A stretch of 64,000 nucleotides of DNA from the IMG/VR virus record IMGVR_UViG_2795386114_000004, positions 4,641 through 68,640 of that record; one strand, given 5' to 3'. The DNA is from a virus. Lineage: Duplodnaviria; Caudoviricetes. This document shows positions 43,652 to 53,392 of the stretch, piece by piece. A program made the position numbers and the translations under genes. Numbering within the stretch: the first letter of the stretch is position 1; each line of letters begins with the position of its first letter. Below the pieces are notes generated by a model. That model was not told the origin of the DNA. It saw nothing but the letters and a program-made list of their open reading frames with translations, and searched no databases.

Positions 43652-43773
43652 GGAGCATCAGCTCCTACGAGCTGAGCGAGTGGATGGAGCTCTACCGCAT
43701 CGAAGCGGAAGAGCGCGCCGAGGAAGAACGCCGGGCCGTCGACGGCGACCAGCGCAAACCCCGAAGTCTGTGA
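43570..43773 (+). CDS. Tail assembly chaperone -1 frameshift extension (GT product)
   Basis: Slippery GGGAAAC at 43570-43576; -1 frame KLRRRPERRFQLQLARDLGRTRAELLRSISSYELSEW... to TGA at 43773. Confidence 0.85.
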   Translation, partial: GKLRRRPERRFQLQLARDLGRTRAELLRSISSYELSEWMELYRIEAEERAEEERRAVDGDQRKPRSL

Positions 43774-43833
43774 ACCACGCACCGGCCAACCGGCCCTGAC
43801 CCGCGCGCAGGCGCGAGAAAGGGGGCGGCGGGC

Positions 43834-46800
43834 GTGGCCACGACAGCGATCGTCTACAGCCTCATCGGCCGCGACCGGGCCAGCGCGGTGTTCCGACAGG
43901 TCGGCCGCTCGGCCAGCCGCCTGGAGTCCACCACGGCGAAGGTCGGCGCCGCCCTGAAGGCCAGCATGGCCGTGGGAGCGATCGCCACGGCCGGACTCGG
44001 AGCCTCCGCCATCAAGGCGGCCGGTGACTTCGAGAAGAACATGAACCGGGTCGAGGCCCTCTCCGGAGCGACCGGCAAGCAGCTGAAGATGCTGCGCGAC
44101 CAGGCGAAGGACTTCGGCCGCACGACCCAGTACGGGGCCGCTCAGTCCGCGGACGCCATGGCGCAGCTGGCGACCGCTGGCCTGAATGTCACCCAGATCT
44201 ACGGCGCCATGCCGAGCGTGCTGTCCCTCGCGGCCTCCGAGCAGCTGAACCTGACCAGGGCTGCGGAGATCGCGACGAACGTGCTCACCGGCTACGGCAT
44301 GAAGATCGGGGAGATCCCGCACGCCGTCGACGCCATGGTCAAGGCCTCCGTCAAGGCCAACACGAGCGTCGACGATCTCGGCGAGGCTTTCAAGTACAGC
44401 GGCCCCATCGCCCACCAGGCCGGGATCCAGTTCGAGGAGGCCGTCGCCGCGACAGCCCTCATGGGCAACGCCGGCATCAAGGCGTCCATGGCAGGCACCG
44501 CGCTGCGCGGCGCCATCACTCGGCTCCTGTCTCCCACCGAGAAGATCTCGACCACGCTCGAGGACCTGGGCGTGAACGTGGCGACGTCGGACGGGAAGCT
44601 GCGCCCCCTGACGCAGATCGTCGGCGACTTGGCCAAGAAGGGCGCCAAGACCGGAGACATCATGACGATCTTCGGTCAGCGTGCGGGCCCCGGTATGGCG
44701 GCGCTGATCCAGCAGGGCTCGGACAAGCTCGCCGGGCTGACCAAGGAGCTGGAGAACTCCGGAGGCACCGCCGACCGCATCTCGAAGATCCAGATGAAGG
44801 GCTGGAGAGGCGAAGTCACCAGGCTGAAGAACGCTTGGGAAGGCCTGATGATCGAGATCGGCGACACCGGTCTCCTCACCGGCGCCACCAAGGCCCTCAC
44901 CGGGGTCACCACAGGAGTGCGTGGCCTCGCCGACTGGGTCAATACCGACGGCATCCCCGCAGTGAAGAACTTCAGCACCACGGTCGCGGGCATGGTGCCC
45001 GTCGAGTCGATCAAAGAGAAGATCGGCACGGCGAAGGCCACCGTCACCGACTTCTTCGCAGGGCTGTCCGGCAAGGGCATGGTCAACGTGTCGATGCCCC
45101 GCGTCGACGCGGCGCCGGAGCTCATCCCCAAGTCGAGCGCGGCGAAGGTCGGCCAGCAGATCCGTGACGCCTTCTCCGGCGGCCTCCGCGGCATCGACTG
45201 GACGAAGATCGGCGGCGCTCTCGGCTTCGGCCTCGCCAAGGCCATCGGAGCCGCGGCGAAGGGAGCCGCCCAGCTCGCCACAGCGTTCGGGTCTCTCCTG
45301 GCCAAAATCGACTGGGTGGGCATCGGCATCGCCCTCGGCAAATTCGTGCCCAGCCTGCTCATCGGTCTGGTTGTCGGCCTGCTCAACTTCGACTTCGGCA
45401 ACCTACTCAAGGGCCTCGCCGACCACTGGCAGGACGTGCTCCTGGCCGTCGTGTTCGTGGCGTTCCTGCCCGCCAAGTGGGTCGGCGCGATCGGCAAGGC
45501 CCTCGCGAAGATCCCATTCCTGGGCAAGCTGCTGTCCTGGGCGTTCGAGATCTTCGCGCGGTTCTCGAAGAACATCGTCGGCTGGGCCGGGAAGCTGCTC
45601 GGCGGGTTCGGCCGCGGCTTCCTCAACGGGCTCAAGTCGGTCTTCCCGGGGCTCGGCAGGTTCCTCACCGAGGGCCTCGGCAACCTCGCCCTGAACATCC
45701 TCGCTTACACCGGCCGCCTGGGGGAGTTCGGCGTCCGCCTGATCAAGGGCCTCGGCTCCGGAATCATCAAGGGCGCTGAAGGGCTGGGCAACTTCATCGC
45801 CCGCATCATCGGCCCCATCCTGAAGCCCTTCGTACGGGTCGGCTCCTGGCTGCTCACCAAGGGCATCGAGCTCGTGCGGGGCTTCGGCTCCGGCATCGCC
45901 ACCGGCGCCCGCGCGATGTGGGGCTTCGCCAAGCGGTGGATCATCGACCCGATCGTCAACGTCTTCAGGGGCGCCGGATCGTGGCTTTGGTCGAGGGGCT
46001 CTGCTGTCGTCTCCGGCCTGAAGAACGGGATCGTCAACGGGGTCAAGGCGCTCGGCTCCTGGGCCAACCGCACGATCGTCTTCCCGATCATCAACCGGTT
46101 CGCCAGGGCCGGATCGTGGCTGTGGACGAAGGGCTCGGCCGTCGTCTCCGGTCTGAAGAACGGGATCGTCAACGGCGTCAAGGCGCTCGGCTCGTGGGCG
46201 AACCGCGTCATCGTCCAGCCGATCGTCTCCCGCTTCACCGGCGCGGGCTCCTGGCTGCTCTCACGCGGCCGGTCCGTTGTCTCTGGCCTGAAGAACGGCG
46301 TCGTCAACGGCGTCAAGGCGCTCGGGGCCTGGACGAACCGCACCATCGTCCTGCCGATGGTCAACACCTTCCTCAAGGCCAACTCGTGGCTCGTGTCGAA
46401 GGGCTCAGCGCTGATCACGGGCCTGAAGAACGGCATCGTGGGCGCGGTCAAGGGCATCGGCTCGTGGATTAAGAAGAGCCTGATCGACCCCGTCGTGAAC
46501 GCGGTCAAGCACTTCTTCGGGATCCACAGTCCATCGCGAGTCTTCGCGGGCATCGGCGGCCACCTGGTCTCCGGCCTGATGAAGGGCATGGCCACCACCT
46601 CCGGGTCGGCGATCGCCAAGACCGTGTTCGGCGATCTCCCTTCGGCACTCGGCGCCATCGTCAAGAAGGGACTGGTGTCGGTCGCGAGCCTGCCCAGCAA
46701 GGCCCTCAGCGCCCTGGGCGGCCTCGGCTCCAAGCTGGGCGGTTTCTTCAAGGGCCTCTTCGGCGGGGGAGGGGGCGGCAAGGGTGTCAGCCAGTGGGCA

Positions 46801-48501
46801 CCGCTGGTCTCCCAGGTGCTGGCGATGCTCGGCGCCCCGGCGTCCGCGCTCGGGCCCGTGCTCAGGAGGATCCAGATCGAGAGCGGCGGCAACCCCAACG
46901 CGATCAACCTCTGGGACAGCAACGCGCAGGCAGGACACCCCAGCCAGGGCCTCATGCAGACGATCCCGAGCACCTTCGCGGCCTACGCCGGCCCGTTCCG
47001 CTCCCGGGGCATCACCGACCCGCTCGCCTCGATCTACGCAGGCGTCAACTACGCGATGCACCGGTACGGCGGCAACTGGATCTCGGTGATGACGAGGCCC
47101 GGCGGCTACGCCAAGGGCACCGGCGGCGCGAAGCCGGGCTGGGCCTGGGTGGGGGAGAAGGGCCCGGAGCTCATCAACCTCAAGGGCGGCGAGGACATCA
47201 TGAGCCACCCGGACTCGATGGCCTTTGCCAAGACGCACGGCATCAAGCTGCCCGGCTACGCCTCCGGCACCATCTCCAACGCAGCGGACCGGCAGCGGCG
47301 CGCCCGGCAGAAGGTGGAGGACGCCAAGGACGACGTGGCCCGGGCCAAGCGCCGGCACAAGGGGCTCGCGGCCGCGCAGAAGCGGCTCGATGCCGCGGAG
47401 AAGGAACTCAAGGCCGCGAACATCGCGCTGGCCAACGCCAAACGGTCCGCGAAGACTTCGATCTCGAACACGATCAAGACGGGACTGCTGAAGACCCTTC
47501 AGACCGGCTCGGCGTCGAAGATCGAGTCGGCGATCAAGAGCCTGGCGACGAAGCTCCTCAACGCGGGCGTCGACAAGACCGCGGCGAGCATCCAGAAGAA
47601 GGGCGACAAGCTCCAGTCGCTCGCCAACCAGCGGGCCAGCATCCACAGCCAGATCGCGGCCGCCAACAGCTACGCCTCCGACCAGGCCGGGAAGATCACC
47701 GACTTCCTCAGCATCAGCGGCACCTCCGCGACGAGCGTCAGCCAGCTCATCACCCAGATGGGCAGCCAGCAGAAAACCGCCAGCTCATTCGTCGCACTGA
47801 CCAAGTCGCTGAAGGCCCGCGGCGCTTCGAAGGAGCTGCTTGATCAGCTGTCCGAGGCCGGGCCGGGCAGCCAGCTCGCCACGATCCTCGGCGACAAGGG
47901 CGTCACCACCCAGGACATCTCCAAGCTCAACAGCCTGGTCGCGTCCGGCGGGAAACTTGCCACCAGCTTCGGCCGCGACATGGCCGACTTGATGTTCGAC
48001 ACCGGCAAGCACGCCGGGGAAGGGTTCCTTGCCGGCCTGAAGGCCACCGAGAAGGACCTCCAGAAGCAGATCAACAAGCTGGCCACAGATCTGGTCAACC
48101 AGATCAAGAAGGCACTGAAGATCAAGAGCCCGTCGGTCGTCATGCGGGACCAGGTCGGTAAGAACGTCGCCCTCGGCATGGCGAAGGGCATCGACGTCCA
48201 CGTCCCGCACGTCCTCGCCAGCGCGCAGCGGATGGCCGACGCTGCGGCCGGTGTGTCGACCCGCCGCGTGGTCATCCCCAGCCCTGCCAATGCCGCGTCC
48301 GTCCAGCAGGCCGCGGCCGTGCGGGAGCTCGCGGCCGCCGTACAGGCCGGGACGTCCGGGGGCGGTGACGGCCAGTTCGTCGGTGAGCTCCGCCTCGACA
48401 GCGGCGAACTGATGGGCCTGATCAGGGGCACCGTCCGACCGATGATCACGGCCAGCGAGAAAAAGCAGGCCTACCAGGCGAAGGTGGGGCCGCGCGGATG
48501 A
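43834..48501 (+). CDS. Tape measure protein (TP901-type core) with lytic transglycosylase (SLT) domain
   Basis: 1555 aa; AGTALRGAITRL core; 45-aa Trp-periodic repeats; IQIESGGNPNAINLWDSN..GLMQTIPSTF. Confidence 0.95.
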   Translation: MATTAIVYSLIGRDRASAVFRQVGRSASRLESTTAKVGAALKASMAVGAIATAGLGASAIKAAGDFEKNMNRVEALSGATGKQLKMLRDQAKDFGRTTQYGAAQSADAMAQLATAGLNVTQIYGAMPSVLSLAASEQLNLTRAAEIATNVLTGYGMKIGEIPHAVDAMVKASVKANTSVDDLGEAFKYSGPIAHQAGIQFEEAVAATALMGNAGIKASMAGTALRGAITRLLSPTEKISTTLEDLGVNVATSDGKLRPLTQIVGDLAKKGAKTGDIMTIFGQRAGPGMAALIQQGSDKLAGLTKELENSGGTADRISKIQMKGWRGEVTRLKNAWEGLMIEIGDTGLLTGATKALTGVTTGVRGLADWVNTDGIPAVKNFSTTVAGMVPVESIKEKIGTAKATVTDFFAGLSGKGMVNVSMPRVDAAPELIPKSSAAKVGQQIRDAFSGGLRGIDWTKIGGALGFGLAKAIGAAAKGAAQLATAFGSLLAKIDWVGIGIALGKFVPSLLIGLVVGLLNFDFGNLLKGLADHWQDVLLAVVFVAFLPAKWVGAIGKALAKIPFLGKLLSWAFEIFARFSKNIVGWAGKLLGGFGRGFLNGLKSVFPGLGRFLTEGLGNLALNILAYTGRLGEFGVRLIKGLGSGIIKGAEGLGNFIARIIGPILKPFVRVGSWLLTKGIELVRGFGSGIATGARAMWGFAKRWIIDPIVNVFRGAGSWLWSRGSAVVSGLKNGIVNGVKALGSWANRTIVFPIINRFARAGSWLWTKGSAVVSGLKNGIVNGVKALGSWANRVIVQPIVSRFTGAGSWLLSRGRSVVSGLKNGVVNGVKALGAWTNRTIVLPMVNTFLKANSWLVSKGSALITGLKNGIVGAVKGIGSWIKKSLIDPVVNAVKHFFGIHSPSRVFAGIGGHLVSGLMKGMATTSGSAIAKTVFGDLPSALGAIVKKGLVSVASLPSKALSALGGLGSKLGGFFKGLFGGGGGGKGVSQWAPLVSQVLAMLGAPASALGPVLRRIQIESGGNPNAINLWDSNAQAGHPSQGLMQTIPSTFAAYAGPFRSRGITDPLASIYAGVNYAMHRYGGNWISVMTRPGGYAKGTGGAKPGWAWVGEKGPELINLKGGEDIMSHPDSMAFAKTHGIKLPGYASGTISNAADRQRRARQKVEDAKDDVARAKRRHKGLAAAQKRLDAAEKELKAANIALANAKRSAKTSISNTIKTGLLKTLQTGSASKIESAIKSLATKLLNAGVDKTAASIQKKGDKLQSLANQRASIHSQIAAANSYASDQAGKITDFLSISGTSATSVSQLITQMGSQQKTASSFVALTKSLKARGASKELLDQLSEAGPGSQLATILGDKGVTTQDISKLNSLVASGGKLATSFGRDMADLMFDTGKHAGEGFLAGLKATEKDLQKQINKLATDLVNQIKKALKIKSPSVVMRDQVGKNVALGMAKGIDVHVPHVLASAQRMADAAAGVSTRRVVIPSPANAASVQQAAAVRELAAAVQAGTSGGGDGQFVGELRLDSGELMGLIRGTVRPMITASEKKQAYQAKVGPRG
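45832..46506 (+). repeat. 135-bp (45-aa) tandem repeats in the tape measure gene
   Basis: GSWLWSRGSAVVSGLKNGIVNGVKALGSWANR recurs; GGATCGTGGCT at 45976 and 46111. Confidence 0.85.
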
Positions 48502-49970
48502 GCATCTCGTACGTGTCGGCCGGGACGGTCGTCGAGCACGCCAACACGATCACACCGCCTCTGCCGGGCGGGTTCGCGGCGGGACAGCTCGCGATCCTCC
48601 AGGTCGTCTCCGGTCACCCCAGCGACCCCACTCCCTCGGCCCCTTCCGGCTGGGCCCTGGTCGGCTCGTTCGCCGGCGGCGGCGGCACCTTCGCCAGCGG
48701 CGCCGGTCCGCGGCGGCTGACCTGGTTCGCGCGGGTACTGCTCAGCAGCGACACCGCGCCCACCACCACGATCCCCTCCGGCGGCACCGGCTCCGTCATC
48801 GGCGGCTTCGTCTTCACACTGTCCCGCACCGGAGGAACCGGCTGGAGGTGGGCGGCCACCTTCGGCGAGGACACCACGTCGGGCACCGCCTTCAGCGCGG
48901 CCTGCACTCCCTCGATCACCTTCACGCCCGGTGACTTCGTCGCGCTCGGCTGGGGGCTCGCCAACTCCAGCGCCGGGCCAGGCTCCCCGGCCGTCACCGC
49001 CACCGGTATCACCTTCGCCACCGTCGACACCCGCCCCAACGCGGCCCACACCACCGGGTTCGGCGCGCGCAACGCACTGCGCTCCACCTCCGTCACCGCC
49101 GGATCAGCAACGCAGGCCCCGACGGTGACCGCCACGCTGACCGCCGCGTCCGTCGGTGTCGGCGCGGTGCTGCGCGTCCGGCAGGCCGGCACCGACATGG
49201 AGGCCTTCCCGCAGACCGTGTTCCCGCCCAGGAACCTGATCAGCACCACCGGATTGCTGGCGGACGACATCGTCACCGTGAGCCTGTACCGACAAGTCGA
49301 CAACAAGCTCAGCCCGGTGCGCGCGGCCGTCGACGTCAACGTAACCGGCAGCGATGTCCTGTTGCGCGTGGACGCCGAGCAGCCCTTCGGAGTCGCGCAC
49401 GAGTACCTGGCCATCCTCACCGACGTCAACGGCGCCCAGTGGAGCATCTACTCGAGCACCATCACCTCGACCGTCGACTCCGACGTCATCTCCGACGCCA
49501 TCCGTGGCATCGGCGCCGCGGTGAAGGTCGAGTCGCCGCTGGAGTGGCAGCGCACCCGGGACGCCACGAAGTTGAACGCGGGCGGCCGCATCATCGTGGT
49601 GGGCAAGAAGCGGTCCTCGCCGTCGACGACGATGACCGTGCGCACCGTGACCGACGCTGATGGGGACGCCCTCAACCAGGTCCTCGACGACCTCAGCGAG
49701 GGCGTCCTGATGTTCCGCAAGCAGAACTCCCTGCCCCGCCTCGACGGCTACTTCGCGCTCACCGACGACCGCGAGGCACCGAACTGGTACGACGAGGTCC
49801 GCTGGTTCGAGCTGGAGGTGCAGAAGACCGAGGCGTGGCCGTCGATCCTGGAGGCCGCCGGCTTCACGCTCCAGGACATCGCCGACAACTACCTCACCCT
49901 CCAGGACATCGCCGACGACTTCACGCCCGGCACCCTGCTCGACATCGCGCTGTTCGACTTCGGGGCCTGA
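48498..49970 (+). CDS. Minor tail protein (beta-rich N-terminal domain fused to a distal-tail-like domain)
   Basis: Immediately after the tape measure; Thr/Gly/Ala-rich N half. Confidence 0.7.
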   Translation: MSISYVSAGTVVEHANTITPPLPGGFAAGQLAILQVVSGHPSDPTPSAPSGWALVGSFAGGGGTFASGAGPRRLTWFARVLLSSDTAPTTTIPSGGTGSVIGGFVFTLSRTGGTGWRWAATFGEDTTSGTAFSAACTPSITFTPGDFVALGWGLANSSAGPGSPAVTATGITFATVDTRPNAAHTTGFGARNALRSTSVTAGSATQAPTVTATLTAASVGVGAVLRVRQAGTDMEAFPQTVFPPRNLISTTGLLADDIVTVSLYRQVDNKLSPVRAAVDVNVTGSDVLLRVDAEQPFGVAHEYLAILTDVNGAQWSIYSSTITSTVDSDVISDAIRGIGAAVKVESPLEWQRTRDATKLNAGGRIIVVGKKRSSPSTTMTVRTVTDADGDALNQVLDDLSEGVLMFRKQNSLPRLDGYFALTDDREAPNWYDEVRWFELEVQKTEAWPSILEAAGFTLQDIADNYLTLQDIADDFTPGTLLDIALFDFGA

Positions 49971-49971
49971 C

Positions 49972-51060
49972 GTGCTGGACATGTCGGATGAGGCGCTCGC
50001 GGTCGTCGAGAGCAGCTTCACAATGGACGTGCGCGCCGAGTCCTGGCTCGGCGGTGACCTGCTCGCCGACTCGATCCCGATCAGTGACGGCGGCGAAGAC
50101 CGGGACCGGTCGATGGCGATCCCCGAGCGCATCAGCCTGACGGTGCCGCGCCGCGACCGCGGCTACGACTGGGACCCCGGCACCGACCCGTCCCACCCGC
50201 TCGCCGCCTACGGGCAGCAGCTGCGGATCGACTACGGCGTGAACCTCGGCACCCACACCGAGTGGATCAACCGCGGCTGGTTCCTCATCACCGGCTGCGA
50301 AGCCGAGGGCGACACAGTGTCCGTCGAGCTCCAGGGCCTGCTCACCCTCATCGATGAGGCCAAGCTCGTCGCACCCTTCCAGCCGAGCTCGACCGACACG
50401 CTCGCCTCCACCGCGCGCGCCCTCGTCGAGCCCGCCCTCACCTGCCAGTTCGACGGGGCGCTCACCGACCGCCTCGCGTCGTCGTCGATGCAATGGGACT
50501 CCGACCGGATGGAGGCACTCAGCGACATCGCCTCCGCATGGGCCGCCGACTACCGGGTCACCGAGGACGCGCTGCTGCTGTGGGAGCCCCTCGACGACAG
50601 CGGCACCCCCGTCCTCAGCCTCACCGACGGCCAGGGCGGCACCGTCATCCGCTGGCAGGCAACCACCGGCCGCGACGGCGCGTTCAACGTCGTCGTCTCC
50701 CAGGGCGAGGACGCCAACGGCAACCAGATCCAGGGCGTCGCCTACGACTCGGACCCCAACAGTCCGTTCGTGTACGGCGGCGCGTTCAACCCGCTGCCCG
50801 TGCCGTACACGGAGTTCAGCCCGCTGCTGAGCACCGTCGCCCAATGCCGCAAGGCCGCACGGACGACCCTGCTGCGGCTACGCCGATCAAATTCCCGAAG
50901 ACTGGGGGTGACGATGGTGCCGCACCCGGGCCTGATGACCGGCGACATCGTGTCCGTGACCGGACAAGGCCTGCGAAACCAGCCCTGCGTGATCGAGACA
51001 CTGCACCTGCCGTACTCGCCCGACGCGATGGCCCTCACCGTGCGGGTCCTGTCCTCATGA
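49972..51060 (+). CDS. Minor tail protein (tail-tip hub-like)
   Basis: Position; PLAAYGQQLRI..VPHPGLMTGDIVSV. Confidence 0.75.
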   Translation: MLDMSDEALAVVESSFTMDVRAESWLGGDLLADSIPISDGGEDRDRSMAIPERISLTVPRRDRGYDWDPGTDPSHPLAAYGQQLRIDYGVNLGTHTEWINRGWFLITGCEAEGDTVSVELQGLLTLIDEAKLVAPFQPSSTDTLASTARALVEPALTCQFDGALTDRLASSSMQWDSDRMEALSDIASAWAADYRVTEDALLLWEPLDDSGTPVLSLTDGQGGTVIRWQATTGRDGAFNVVVSQGEDANGNQIQGVAYDSDPNSPFVYGGAFNPLPVPYTEFSPLLSTVAQCRKAARTTLLRLRRSNSRRLGVTMVPHPGLMTGDIVSVTGQGLRNQPCVIETLHLPYSPDAMALTVRVLSS

Positions 51061-51884
51061 GCCTCACATGGGGGCGCGGCACAGTCGGCACCCAGGGCAA
51101 GCTCACCACCCAGAACGCTCTCGTCGGCGTCGCCAAGTCGGCGAGCTCCAGCGGCGCCTGCCTGGCCGCCATCGCGGGGCTGTCTGTGGTCGTACGCGTA
51201 CCCGTTGGCCTCACCGTCGCCAATGGCGACAAGCTCCTCGTGCTGCGCCGCGGCAGCGTCTACTACGCCGTCACCGTCCTCCAGGCCGCGCCCGTCGTCA
51301 CCCCGACGCCAGCGCCGCCGACAGATTCGACCCCCGACCCGGGCGACAGCCCGCCCCCCACCAAGCCGACAGTCACGACTGGCACCCTCGTGTGCGTCCC
51401 CGTCGCGACCTCCACCTACCGGGACGGCTCCTGGCGATCCGACGGCGACCCCATCAACAGCTACGACACCTACCAGGGCCGCTACGCCGGCTCGTCCTTC
51501 GGCCGCATGACGGGCTGCGCCTTCTACGGCAGCAAGCCGAGAAGCATCGCGGGCGCCACCGTCACCAAGGCGGTCATCAAGGCGAAGCGGCTGTCCGGCG
51601 GCGACTTCGCGGCCCGCACCCCCACCCTCCGCCTCGTGTCCCAGTCCACCCGGCCCGGCGGCGCCCCCACCCTCAACGAATCGACCAGCGGTCCAGCGCT
51701 GGCCGTGGGCGCCACTGCCAACGCCTTCACGATCCCCAACTCGTGGGCCCAGGCCATGGTCGACGGCACCCGCGGCGGCCTCGCCATCTCCATCGGCTCC
51801 GACAACCCCTACATCCACTTCGCCGGGCGCGGCTCCTGGTCCGCCGCCTGGACGCTCACGATCTCCTGGAGGCGCACCTCATGA
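51057..51884 (+). CDS. Minor tail protein
   Basis: ATGA coupling; TYQG..GCAFYG..FTIPNSWAQAMVDG. Confidence 0.75.
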   Translation: MSLTWGRGTVGTQGKLTTQNALVGVAKSASSSGACLAAIAGLSVVVRVPVGLTVANGDKLLVLRRGSVYYAVTVLQAAPVVTPTPAPPTDSTPDPGDSPPPTKPTVTTGTLVCVPVATSTYRDGSWRSDGDPINSYDTYQGRYAGSSFGRMTGCAFYGSKPRSIAGATVTKAVIKAKRLSGGDFAARTPTLRLVSQSTRPGGAPTLNESTSGPALAVGATANAFTIPNSWAQAMVDGTRGGLAISIGSDNPYIHFAGRGSWSAAWTLTISWRRTS

Positions 51885-52639
51885 GCGACCAGACGACCAA
51901 GGGCATCGTCTTCCCGGAAAACAACGACCACACCCGCCTGTGGGAGCACTTCCAGACCCTCGCCACCACCGCCGACGCGATCATCCCCGGCAGCGTCGAC
52001 GTCCAACTCTTCACGAGCTCCGGCACCTGGACCCGCCCGGCGGGCGCCCTCTGGGTCGAAGTCCACGTGCAAGCCGGCGGCGGCGGATCCGGCGGCGTCG
52101 GCGCCACCAGCTCCGGACAAGCAGCCTGCGGACCCGGCGGCGGGGGAGGCGAGTACGCGCGCGGCTTCTACTCAGCCTCGGCCGCAGGGTCCAGCCAGTC
52201 CGTCACCGTCGGAGCCGGAGGCACCCCCGGCGCCACCGGAGCCAACGCCGGTGGCACCGGCGGCACCAGCAGCTTCGGCGCCCTCATCACCGCCATCGGC
52301 GGCAGCGGCGGCCAAGGCGCGACCGCCACCTCCGCAGCCAGCCTCGGCGGCGCGAACGGCGGCACCGGCGGCACCGGCGGAAACTTCCGCATCGCGGGCG
52401 GCGACGGCGGCAACGGCCAGGTCATCTCAGCAGTGCCCGTCAAGTACAACAACGGCGGCAACAGCTTCTTCGCCGGGACCCGCCGCGCCACCGGTGTGGC
52501 CGCCACCTCGTCCGGCGGCCTCGACGGCTACGTCTACGGCGGCGGCGCCTCCGGCCCCTCCCTCGGAGCGAGCCAGTCCGCCCTCGGCGGCAATGCCGGC
52601 GGCGCTGGCGCCGTCCTCGTCATCACCTACAAGGCCTAA
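51881..52639 (+). CDS. Glycine-rich tail fibre-like protein
   Basis: FTSSGTWTRPAGA..AGGGG..GGTGGTSSFG..GAVLVI. Confidence 0.8.
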   Translation: MSDQTTKGIVFPENNDHTRLWEHFQTLATTADAIIPGSVDVQLFTSSGTWTRPAGALWVEVHVQAGGGGSGGVGATSSGQAACGPGGGGGEYARGFYSASAAGSSQSVTVGAGGTPGATGANAGGTGGTSSFGALITAIGGSGGQGATATSAASLGGANGGTGGTGGNFRIAGGDGGNGQVISAVPVKYNNGGNSFFAGTRRATGVAATSSGGLDGYVYGGGASGPSLGASQSALGGNAGGAGAVLVITYKA

Positions 52640-52650
52640 GGAGAACCCCC

Positions 52651-52902
52651 ATGTCCCTCGACGCGCCCGTCGAGTCCGCAGGAGAAACGACCTGGACGGT
52701 GTCGGCCCGCCACGGCACCGCAGAGGCCGTCAGCCTCATGGTCAAGGTCACGGTCGAGGGCTCGGCCACCGAGCTCGACGGTGACGCAGCCCTCCAGGAC
52801 ATCGTCGACGCCTTGGTCTCGAAGCCGAAGTTCAACGGCGTCAACGGCACGAAGAGCTACACGAAGTACGCCACGCGGACGATGCGGCCCACCTCGTCCT
52901 GA
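52651..52902 (+). CDS. Small hypothetical protein
   Basis: AAGGAG RBS. Confidence 0.7.
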   Translation: MSLDAPVESAGETTWTVSARHGTAEAVSLMVKVTVEGSATELDGDAALQDIVDALVSKPKFNGVNGTKSYTKYATRTMRPTSS

Positions 52903-52923
52903 ACCATCTCAAGGAGAATCACC

Positions 52924-53196
52924 ATGCCTCAGGTCACTCCCGGCCGCACCGTCCTCTACCGGCTCACCGAGGACGACGCGCGGCAGATCACCCGGCGCCG
53001 CACTGACAGCGGTGTGACCGGCAACTTTGTCAGCGAAGGCGACCGGTACCCGGCCGTCGTCGTCCGCATCTTCGCCGGGAATCCCGCCGACGTCTGCAAC
53101 CTCAAGGTGCTCCTGGACGGCGACGACACCTACTGGGCGACCTCCCGCCATGAGGGCACCGAGCCCGGCACGTGGGCGTGGCCGGAGCGCGTGTGA
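52924..53196 (+). CDS. Hypothetical phage protein
   Basis: AAGGAG RBS; GRTVLYRL..PAVVVR..NLKVLLDG..WAWPERV. Confidence 0.8.
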   Translation: MPQVTPGRTVLYRLTEDDARQITRRRTDSGVTGNFVSEGDRYPAVVVRIFAGNPADVCNLKVLLDGDDTYWATSRHEGTEPGTWAWPERV

Positions 53197-53390
53197 TGGC
53201 CGACCACGATTCCGCCCAGCTCGCCCGGGCCGCCTACGCCGCGTACGGCGAAACGACCGGCGGCCGCAACTACCAGGGCCAGCCCATGCCCGCCTGGGAG
53301 GACCTCGGCGAAGTGATCCAGCAGGCGTGGACCGTGGCCGCGACCACCGTCGCCCGGATCGTCACCACCCCACAGAGACCGGAGAACTGA
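53196..53390 (+). CDS. Small hypothetical phage protein
   Basis: AAYAAYG..NYQGQPMPAWEDL. Confidence 0.75.
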   Translation: MADHDSAQLARAAYAAYGETTGGRNYQGQPMPAWEDLGEVIQQAWTVAATTVARIVTTPQRPEN

Positions 53391-53392
53391 CC

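Noticed and set aside
45832-46506. Possible CRISPR array or DGR template/variable repeats
   Set aside because: In-frame coding repeats without spacers; differences are not adenine-specific; no reverse transcriptase or cas genes in the window
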